From NCBI RefSeq assembly GCF_009914755.1, contig NC_060936.1: a stretch of DNA of 64,000 nucleotides; one strand, 5' to 3'. Every line of letters begins with the position of its first letter. Within the stretch, counting starts at the first letter, position 1. Both the position numbers and the translations under genes were made by a program. The notes beneath the pieces are model-generated. The model was not told the origin of the DNA. It was given only the letters and a program-made list of their open reading frames with translations, and made no database searches. Shown in pieces: positions 42,201 through 53,867 of the stretch. Source of the DNA: the human T2T-CHM13v2.0 reference genome, Homo sapiens.

Positions 42201-42602
42201 ATGCCAGGCTTGAAAGGAGAAGTTGAGCCAGTCCGGGGAAAAAAATCCCATGGAGAACAGTGTCTTCCCGGCAGTCTCTTTGCCGGGTTCGGTCGTGGAG
42301 TCCCTGGCTTGCACCCAGAGTGCGTGTCTTTAAAGCGGGGCATCCTGTTACCATTCTCCGGGGGAATTCTTGCCGCCATGGGGTGCCCCCTGAGGGCGAG
42401 ACACGCACCCTGTGTGCAAGACAGGGACTCCACGACCCCCCCAACCACGAGTCTGCCGCAGGGGCTGCCGGGAAGGCACTGTCCTCCCTGGGAAGTTTTT
42501 CCACAGACTGCCTCAACAACCCCTTTAAAGCCAGGCATCCTGTTCCCATCGCCCAGTGCCCCCGTGGGCGAGACAAGCACCCTGGGTGCAAGTCAGAGAA
42601 TC
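33273..42602 (+). repeat. GC-rich tandem array, ~46 monomers of ~188-218 bp (gamma-satellite GSAT/GSATII-like)
   Basis: Recurring 'ccctggcttgcacccagggtgcgtgtc...gggcaccccaaagcggcaagaag...gcttgaaaggggacgttgaggcag...gacagtgccttcccggcagcccctg'. The tandem structure is certain; the family name is from recall. Confidence 0.85.
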
Positions 42603-43126
42603 CTCGCCTGTGGCCTGGGTCTCTCTTGTCCTTGGGACGGGAGTTTACACGAAGTCGGTGGCAATGGGAATCTGGGTTCACAAGGACGTTTTCCTGGTAG
42701 CTGGCAAAGGCAATGTCCTTCCCTGGAAAAAGCAGCCCATGGGTTCTGGAGGGGGTCTTGGCTGGCGTCTGTGGGACCCTCTACCCCTGCCTGCAACTTC
42801 CCCAGGTTTGGACGTTTGCAGCGGCACCAGATGAGTGAATTGAATTACCTGGGCTTTCCTGGAGCAGGAAGACAACCAGGATGGCAGGGAACCTGTGCCT
42901 GCGCCTTTGGGGTCTGGTCCTGGCCTGCCCCGCCCTGCCTAGAGTTGGGGACCTGGTGGAGCTGCAGCAAGGCGGAAGAGGTGGGATGCTGCTGCCTGGC
43001 GGTGCTGCAGCGGTGGACCCCCACGAGGAGGTCCTGGGGTGCGGTAGGGAAAAGGGGTAGCAGAGTCAGGGGGTGGTTGGGAAGCAGGGCGACAAAAGGG
43101 AGAAAGACGGAGGGAGCGGGAAGCCA

Positions 43127-43245
43127 AAAGCCTACAGCACCCGGTATTCCCAGGCGGTCTCCCTTCCAAGCACTGAACCAGGCCCCACCCTGCTTAGCTT
43201 CACAGACCAGAAGAAATTAGGCATCTTCAGGGCACTGCCATAGAC
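43127..43245 (-). pseudogene. 5S rRNA pseudogene copy 1
   Basis: Reverse complement GTCTATGGC...GAAGCTAAGCAGGGTGGGGCCTGGTT...GGGAGACCGCCTGGGAATACCGGGTGCTGTAGGCTTTT; 5' half diverged. Confidence 0.95.
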
Positions 43246-44002
43246 ACAGGCAGTGATACCTAGCTGACACAAGAACCTGGCTCAGCCATGCCCGCCCGAC
43301 TCCAGGCGTCACTGCCACTCCAGGGCCGCAGGGCTCGGATTGGGATACCCCTGAGCCACTCGCCTGCTGCTGGGCTGCTCTCCCACTCCATGCCGGAGCA
43401 CTGTAGGCTGCCGCGCTGCGCCTTCCGCCGGCCTCCAAGAGCCTCCCGCCATCACAGGCAAGGCCACGCACTGGACCACCGCGGCGCCGCCCTGCTGTTG
43501 AGTGGGGAAGCCAGAGGTTTCCATCCCCTGCCCAGACTTCGGGTTCTCTGGGCAGCCTCCATTCCTCCGACGCTCCAGGGCTTCCCCAGGCTACTGAGCT
43601 CCCAAGCTTCCACCACATCGGACCTGTTCAGGACAGTTTGTGCTCCCAGGCGTCAGGGCCCTGGGCCCACGGTCCTGGGATACCCTCCTGTCCTCCTCCT
43701 TGCCGCAGAGGGATTATTTTTGTTCCCTCGCCGCCCCTCCTGCAAGGCCCCCTCTTGCCTCACCCACCCAGAGCTGCTAGGGCTGCTCAGGGCTGAACCG
43801 CCGGCCTAGCCCCAGGGACCCTTTCTCTCACAACGTCCCTAACAGCGTCGCTTGTCCCGACAAGGACGTGACCCACGGCCAAATGAGTTGGGGGAGCTGC
43901 TTTGCCCCGCGCTGCCACTAGAGCTGGCCGACTGATCCCGGGAGAGAGAGGCTGATGGACAGCCAGACACACCTCACCAGCACCACGAGCAAACCCACCC
44001 CT

Positions 44003-44250
44003 ACACCCACAGACACACATGGGTGCACGCGCGTGGGCACACAGACACACACACACACAGATACACAAAGATACAGATAGACACCTTGAAGGAGAGCAAG
44101 GGAAAGAGGGATGGAGAGATAGAAACTGAGGGAGAGAGACAGCGATAAAGAGAGAGACAGGGAGGAAAGAGAGAGAGAAGGTGACAGAGAGATGGAGGGG
44201 GAAGAAGAGAAACAGAGAGAGGGTGAGAGAGCTAGAGAGCCAGAGCGATA
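44003..44250. repeat. (CA)n and (GA)n microsatellites of the 5S spacer
   Basis: Direct inspection. Confidence 0.9.
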
Positions 44251-45055
44251 GAGCCTGGGAGAGGAAGCGCTCTGCTCTGGTAGACAGGGCTCATTCAAGC
44301 AGGCTGGGGTAGGGTGGAGGGTGATTGAGCCAGGCCAGAACAGGGGGTCAGGGCCCTGTTCTGCAAGAGGACCAACAGAACTCTGAGACGTATTTTTTCA
44401 TAGATTGGTTGGTTGCTTTGGGGGTGCGTTTCATAGGGTCCTCCTTTTGTTGGCTACTCCCTGTCTTCTTGGTGTGGTGGGCCCCGAGATTTGTAGAGTG
44501 CGTCCGTCCGTGTGGTGGGAGCCATGGCATGGAGCGTGCTGACGGGGCCCGAGGCCTGGGTCTCTCTCGTGTCCTCGGGACTGGAGTTTACACGAAGTCG
44601 GTGGCAATAGGAATTGGGGTGCACAGGGACAGATTTCCTCGTGACTGGTGACGGCAGTGTCCTTCCCCTGGGGAAAGCAGCTCATAGGTCCTGGAGCAGT
44701 GGTTTTGGCTGCCGTCTGTGGGACCCTCTGCCCCTGGCCGCCACTTCCCCTGGCTTGAGCTGTTGCATGGAGCCTGATGAGTAAATTGAATTGCCTGGGC
44801 GTCCCGGGAGCGTGAAGACACCGGGCACCTTAGGGAACATGTACCGCCCCCGCCCCGGCTGGAGCTGGGCACCTGGTGGGGCTGCAGCAAGGCGGAAGAT
44901 GTGGGATCCTGTTGCCTGGTGGTGCTGCAGCGGTGGACTCCCACGAGGAGGTCCCAGGCTGCTTCGGGGCTGCAGGTGACGGTAAAAGCGGGAGCAGAAT
45001 TAGGGGAAGGTCGTGAAGCACGGCGACAAAAGGTGGAAAGAGGGAGGGCGAAGCC

Positions 45056-45170
45056 AAACCCTACAGCACCCAGCATTCCCAGGCGGCCTCCCATCCGAGT
45101 ACTAACCAGGACCGACCCTGCTTAACTTCCGAGGTCAGATGAGATCGGGCAGGGTGATATGGCTGTAGGC
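45056..45170 (-). pseudogene. 5S rRNA pseudogene copy 2 (6-nt deletion near +21)
   Basis: Reverse complement GCCTACAGCCATATCACCCT-GCCCGATCTCATCTGACCTCGGAAGTTAAGCAGGGTCGG...GGATGGGAGGCCGCCTGGGAATGCTGGGTGCTGTAGGGTTT. Confidence 0.95.
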
Positions 45171-45190
45171 GCTGGCAGTGGCGCCTGGAT

Positions 45191-45202
45191 GCCGCAAGAG
45201 CC
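45191..45202 (-). promoter_or_regulatory. 5S D-box at -32..-21
   Basis: GGCTCTTGCGGC, one mismatch to mammalian D-box GGCTCTTGGGGC, at exactly the canonical spacing. Confidence 0.8.
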
Positions 45203-45599
45203 CGGCACTGCCACGCCCGCCGGACTCCAGGCATCATCGCCACCCCGGGGCTGCGGGGCTTGGATCCGGGATCCCCGAGCCGGCCGAGCTGCTCTCTCCC
45301 TCTATTCCCCCGAGCACTGCTGGCCACCACTCTGTGCCTTCCTCCTGCCTCCCAGAGCCTCCCTCCGTCGCCGGCTGCCGGGCCACGCGCAGGACCGCCA
45401 TGGTGCCGCCCTGCTGTTGCTCTGGGGCGCCAGAGGCCTCCGTCCCCTGCCCAGGCTTAGGGGTCTACGGGCGATCTCCCTTCTGGCGATGCTCCAGGCC
45501 TTCACCCGGCTCCCGAGCTTCCACAACATCAGGCCCGCTCAGGACGGGTGTGCTCATCCCTTCACTTTTTAACTTTTTGTTGTTTCTATTTATATTTTT

Positions 45600-48500
45600 T
45601 TGTACTATGTCTTGAAACGTTCTTGTAGTTATTACTCTTGATTGGTTTATTATTTAGTCTTCCTACATAGAATGAGTAGTTTACACACCACAGCTATAGT
45701 GTTATAATATTCTGTTTTGTTTTGTATAGTTACTATTATCGCTGACGATTTTTTTACCTTCAGTTGATTATTTATTGCTCATTAATGTCCTTCCTGACTG
45801 AAGTACTCCCTTTAGCATTCCTTGTAGGACAGGTGTGGTATTGAAATCCTTCAGCTTTTGTTTGTCTGGAAAAGTCAGTATTCTTTTTATTTGAAGAACA
45901 TTTTCACTGTATATGCTATCCTAAGGTAAAGGTTCTTTTCCTTTAGTGCTTTAAATATTTATTGCTTCTTTCTCCTGGCCGATAGGGTTTCCAATGTAAA
46001 GTCTGCTGCCAGATGTGTTGGAGCTCCCCTGTATGTTATTTGCTTCTTTTCTTTTACTTTTGTAGAACTTTTCTTTTCTTTGACTTTTTGAAGATTGGTT
46101 ATTGAATGCTTTGAAGTAGTCTTTTTTGGGTTAAATCTGCTTAATGTTCTATAACATTTTTTAGTTGGATTTGGATATCTTTCTCTAGGTTTGGAAAGTT
46201 TTCTGTTATTATCCCTTTAAATAAATTTTTCTACCCCTGTCTCTTTCTCTACATCTTCTTTAAAACCAATAACTCTTAGACCTGTCTTTGTGAGGCTGTT
46301 TTCTAGATCCTGTAGGCATTATTTGTTGTTTTTATTCTTTTTCTTTTGTCTCAAGCCTGTCTTCAAGTTCACTATTTCTTCTGCTTGATCCATTCTGCTA
46401 TTAAATGGCTCTAATGCATTATTCAGCATGCCAATTGCATTTTTCAGCTCCTGAATTTTTGCTTAATTTGTTGTAACTATTTCAATCTCTTTGTTGAGTT
46501 TAGCTGATAAAATTTGGAATTTCTTTACTTTGTTATCTTAAATTTCTGAGTTTTTTTTTTTTTAATACAGCTATTTTGAATTCTGTCTGAAAGATTACAT
46601 ATCTCTTTTTCTCCAGGATTTGTCCCTGGTGCCTTGTTTAGTTCACTTGGTGAGGTCATATTTTCTTGGATGGTGTTGTTAGTAGATGTTCTTCAGTGTC
46701 TGGACATTAAAATTTTGGCATGCAGCATCATATAAGAGGTTAAAAAAAAGAATTTTTTTTTTTTAAAAGGTGAGTATTTATTGTAGTATTCATTGTCTGG
46801 GCTTATTCATAGCCATCTTTCTTGGGAAGGATTTCCACATATTTGAAAAGGCTTGTGTTGTGATCTAAGCCATACCTGCTTTGGGAGGCACCTTATACCC
46901 AATAATTCTGTAATTCTTGCAGACTTATAGAAGTACCACCTTGACAGTCTTGGACAAGATCCAGGAGAATTTTCTGGATTACTAGCCAGAGACCCTTGTT
47001 CTCTAACCTTATTTTCCCTCAAAGATACAGTAGTCTTTCTCTATATTCTAAGCCACCTAAAATTGGGAGTAGAATGACACAAACACCCCTGGCCACCACC
47101 ACTATGACTGCCCTGGATCAGATCTAAAGCTAGCACAGCACTGGGTCTTGCTCAAGTTCTGCCGCATGCACTTTCTGATGACTACCTATGTTCACTCAAG
47201 GCCTTTGGTCTCTACAATTAGCAGGTGGCAAAGCCAGCTACATCTGGGTTCTTTCCTTCAGGGCACCTGACATTCTATTGCATTCCAGCGGAGCTGGCAT
47301 TGAAATCACAAGACACAGTCCTTCCTATTCCTCCTTTCCTTTTCCAAAGGCAGAGTAACTACCAGCACCCCAGGACACAAGGAATACTGCCAGGCTACCA
47401 CCAATGTTCCTTTAAGGCCCAAAGCCTCTTTTCAGGTTGTGATGAATGTTGCCTGGCCTGGGACTTGCCATTTTCAGGCCAGTGGGCTCCCCACTGGCCC
47501 TGGGCAGGTTCATACATGCCAACCAAGAATCAAGTCCTAGAATCAGGGATTCCAAAAGCTTTCTTGGTGCTCTACGCTCCTCTGGCCTTGCTGGTACTTA
47601 AGTGGCAAGACGAAGTCCCCTTTACTTTTCCCTCTGCTTTTCCCAAGCAAAGGGAGTTTTGCCCTTTAGCCACCACAGCTTGTAATGAGCTGAGTCTCAC
47701 CTAAATCTAGTAAGTCTATGAGGCTCACCCAAGGCTCTTGATATAGTACCTGGGTATGGCTGCTTGTTATTCAGGGCCCAAAAGTTGTTAAGTTTGCAGG
47801 TGATAAATGCTGCCAGCACTGGGTTCTTTCCTTTAAGGCAGCAGGTTTCCTTCTGGCCTGGGTGTGTCTAGGAATGTCCAGGAGCCAGAGCCTGGAAAGG
47901 AGGCCTCAGGACTCTGACCAGTGAGCTATCTTGCTGTGGCTGAGCTGGTAGCCAGGATGGAAAACAAAGTCCTCCCTAATCTTTTCCTCCTCTCCTCAAG
48001 CAGAAGGATGGTGTCCCTTTTGGAGCCATGAGCTGTGCAGACTGGTATTAGGGGAGTGATAGTGCCAGAACTCCTTTGGCTGCCCCAGCTGCTGTCTCAG
48101 TATGTTCCATGCCCTCCCTACCCCAGTTTACTGTTCCTGGGCCCAGATCAGCCCTAGGCCTCACCTAAGATTTGCAGTCCTGATGGCCTATGCTGCCTTT
48201 CAAATTTTCTTAGATACACAGAGCGCTGGAGCCCTCAGTTGCCAGGTTTCCAAACGCTCAAGTTCCAACCACTGGAATCTGATTCCCCTCTGGCTAGGGC
48301 TGGTTTAAATGATCCCTCTGTGGATGGGCATTGACTGCATTCGGTCTGGTTTTCCTTTCTGCTCTAACAGGACAGCACAGAGTTCGATGCCTCACAATTG
48401 CTGTGTTCTCCCTCCTGCAGAGCCCAGAGTTGATCTCTGCACCACTCTATCACTGCTGGGGGTGAGGAAATGGTGGAACCGGTGATTCAGGACTGTTTTT

Positions 48501-48680
48501 TCTCTCTTCTCAGTGCCTCTTTCAGTGATATGAAGTTAAAACCAGGTATTTTGAGTACTCACCTGATTTTTGGTTCTTATGAAAGTATTTTCTATGTAGA
48601 TATTAATAGTTGTTCATCTGGTGTCCTTGCAGGATGGAAGATCAGTGGAGCCTTCTTTCTGCCATCTTGCTTTACCCTCA
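45600..48680 (-). mobile_element. Old L1 (L1M1/L1MA-type) 5'UTR plus ORF1 region
   Basis: Antisense L1 ORF1-like text; 5' end 'gccatcttg' (YY1-type AAGATGGC) at ~48661. Confidence 0.8.
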
Positions 48681-48689
48681 CACCCAAGA

Positions 48690-50640
<1,951 letters not shown>

Positions 50641-50923
50641 ATTTTAAATTTTTTTTATTTTAGGTTCAGGGGTACATGTGAAGGTTTGTTACATAGATAA
50701 ACTCGTATCACAGGGGCTTGTTATACAGATTATTTTATAAACCAGGTATTAAGCCTGGTACCCCATAGTTATCTTTTCTGTTGCTCTCCCTCCTCCCACC
50801 CTCCCCCATCAAGTAGACCCCAATGTCTGTTGTTTCCTTCTTTGTGTGCATAAGTTCTCATTATTTCGCTCCCACTTATAAGTGAGAACACATAGTTGCA
50901 TAGTATTCCATGGTGCATATGTG

Positions 50924-51141
50924 TGTTCTGTGTGGGAAATGTGTGAGGAGAGAAGAAAAGAAACACACAATACTTTTAAGGGTAAACAGACTTTATCCCG
51001 AGTATATGGCAATACAGATATAATAAGCAAATCATCTAATAAACCAATGATATAATAAACAAATTGCAATGGGAAGGGGAGAAGGGAAAAGACATGTATA
51101 TAATAAATATACATATATGTTTGTGTGTGTATGTATGATGC

Positions 51142-51185
<44 letters not shown>

Positions 51186-51798
51186 AATACATGTGTATAT
51201 ATATATAGTCACCAGATGATGAAGGATTCATCACCAGATGGGGAAGCAACTACCTGGGCTCCAGAGTTGGCCACTAGTCTGTGCACAGATGAACAGAGGT
51301 CCCATGAAACTTCAGCACGGTCTGGGAAACTAGCTCTTTTTGTAACAAGTTGTTCGACATGAGGCCCAGTCATGAGGGCCCTTCTTGACTGGGCTCAAGG
51401 AATTCAAAATGGTCATCAAAAGCATATCTTCACAAGCCTGTATTTCCAACACTTTGGGAGGCCAAGGCTGGTGCATCACTTGAGGTCAGGGGTTCGAGAC
51501 CAGCCTGGCCAACATGGTAAAACCCCATCTCTATTAAAAATACAAAAATTAGCCCAGCGTGGTGGTGCAATTGTTTTTGCAATTGTCTGTTGTTTTTCAA
51601 TAACTATTTCTCTGAAACAGTGCTGAATGAATGCCTCAAGGGGCTCACACAACTCGTTCCAGGTCTTAGTGACCATTTTTTAAAAATTTATTTTATTATT
51701 ATTATACTTTAAGTTTTAGGGTACATGTGCACAACGTGACCATTGGTTGTGTCCATGTTCAATTGAGTTCAAATTTAATGTTTAACTTTTCCTCCATA
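50924..51798 (-). mobile_element. Solo LTR (LTR18B-like, HERV-S/ERVL class)
   Basis: Reverse complement starts TATGGAGGAAAAGTTAAACATTAAATTTGAACTC and ends AGAACA; TSD ATGTG/ATGTC; internal (TG/TA)n expansion. Confidence 0.7.
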
Positions 51799-52260
51799 AT
51801 GTCTCACATTATCTTTATTCAGTCTGTCATCAATGGGCATTTAGGTTGATTCCATGTCTTTACCACTGTAATAGTGCTGCAATAAACATGTATGTGCTTG
51901 TGTCTTTATGATAGAACAATTTATATACATCTGGGTATATGCCCAGTAATGAGATTGCTGGGTCAAGTGATGGTTCTGCTTTTAGCTCTTTCGAGGAATT
52001 ACCATACTGCTTTCCACAATGGTGGAACCAGTGTACTCTCCAACCAACAGTGTATGTGTTGTCTTTCTCCACAACCTTGCCAGCATCTGTTATTTTTTGA
52101 CTTTTTAATAGTAGACATTCTGACTGGTGCAAGATGGTGTCTCACTGTGCCTTTGATTTGCATTTCTCTAATGATCAGTGATATTGAGCTTTGTATTCTA
52201 TGGTTGTTGGTCACATGTATATATTCTTTTGAAAAGTGTTCATGTCTTTTGCCAACTTTT

Positions 52261-53867
52261 TAAATTGTTTTTTATTTCCATAGGTTTTGGGGCAACAGGT
52301 GGTATTTGGTAACATTAGTAAGTTCTTTATCGGTGATTTGTAAAATTTTGGTACATCCATCACCTCATCAGTATACACTGAACCCAATTTGTAGCCTTTT
52401 ATCCCTCGCCCCCTTTACCCCTTTCCCCGTGAGTCCCCAAAGTCCACTGTGTTATTCTTATGCCTTTGCATCCTTATAGCTTAGCTCCCTAAGTGAGAAT
52501 ATATGATGTTTGGTTTTCCATTCCTGAGTTACTTCACTTAAATTAATAGTCTTCAATCCCATCCAGGTTGCTGCAATTGCTATTAATTCATTTCTTTTTA
52601 TGGCTGAATAGTATTCCATCCTACATATATACCACAGTTTCTTTATCCACTCATTGACTGATGGGCATTTGGATTGGTTCTACATCTTTGCAACTGCAAA
52701 TTGTGCTGCTATAAATACGTGTGTGCAGGTATCTTTTTTGCATAATAACTTCTTTTTTCCTCTGGGTACACAGCCAGTAGTGGGATTGAGGGATCAAATG
52801 GTACTTCTACTTTTAGTTCTTTAAGGAATCTCCACACTGTTTTCCATAGTGATTGTTCTACTTTACGTTCCCACCAGCAGTGTAGAAGTGTTCCCTTTTC
52901 ACCACATTCACACCAACATCTATTATGTTTTTATTTTTTGATTATGACCATTCTTGTGGGAGTAAGGTGGTATCGCATCATGGTTGTAATTTGCATTTCC
53001 CTGATTATTAGTGATGTTGAGCATTTTTTTCATATGTTTTTTGGCTATTTGTATATCTTCTAAGAATTGTGTATGACCATACTGCCAAAAGCAATCTACA
53101 AATTCAATGCAATTGCCATCAAAATACCACTATCATTCTTCACATAACTACAAACAACAATTCTAAAATTCATATGGAACCAAAAAAGAGCCTGCATAGC
53201 CAAAGCAATACTAAGCAAAAAGAACAAATCAGAAGGCATCACATTACCTGATTTCAAACTATATCATAAGACCATAATCACAAAAACAGCATGGTTCTTG
53301 TATAAAAATAGGCACATAGACAAATGGAACATAATAGAGAACCCAGAAATTAATCCAAATATTTACAGCCATCTGATCTTTCACAAAGCAAACAAAAACA
53401 AAGTGGGGAAAGTACACCCTACTCAACAAATCGTGCTGGGATAATTGGCAAGCCACATGTAGGAGATTGAAACTAGATCATCATATCTCATCTTGTACAA
53501 AAATCAACATGAGACAGATCAAGAACTTAAATCTAAGACCTGAAACTATAAAAATTCTAGAAGATGACATCGAAAAAAACCTTCTAGACATTGGCTTAGG
53601 CAAGGATTTCATGACCAAGAACCCAAAAGCAAATGCAAGAAAAACAAAGATAAATAGATGGGATTTAATTAAACTAAAGGCTTTTTCACAACAAAAGGAA
53701 CAGTCAGGAGAGTAAACAGACAATCCATAGAATGGGAGAAAATCTTCACAATCTGTATATCTGACAAAGGACTAATATCCAGAATCTACAACAAGCTCAA
53801 ACAAATTAGCAAGAAAAAAACAAACAATCCCAAAAAAAAGTAGGCGAAGGACATGAATAGACAATTC
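52261..53867 (-). mobile_element. 5'-inverted L1PB-like insertion
   Basis: Antisense 3' part 52261-53074, sense ORF2 part 53073-53867; flanking TTTG(C/G)C(A/C)ACTTTT repeat. Confidence 0.8.

Larger units (their letters stand above)
42603..45565 (-). repeat. Two tandem 5S rDNA repeat units with spacer
   Basis: Flanks are duplicated (42610-43640 versus 44552-45560) around both 5S copies; period 1929 bp. Confidence 0.88.

Noticed and set aside
33273-42602. CRISPR-like repeat-spacer appearance
   Set aside because: Whole monomers are homologous with no unique spacers; eukaryotic context and no cas genes.
33384-43220. Many long ORFs (up to 557 aa) in the GC-rich array
   Set aside because: Stop-poor satellite sequence; overlapping ORFs in all frames with repeated peptides.
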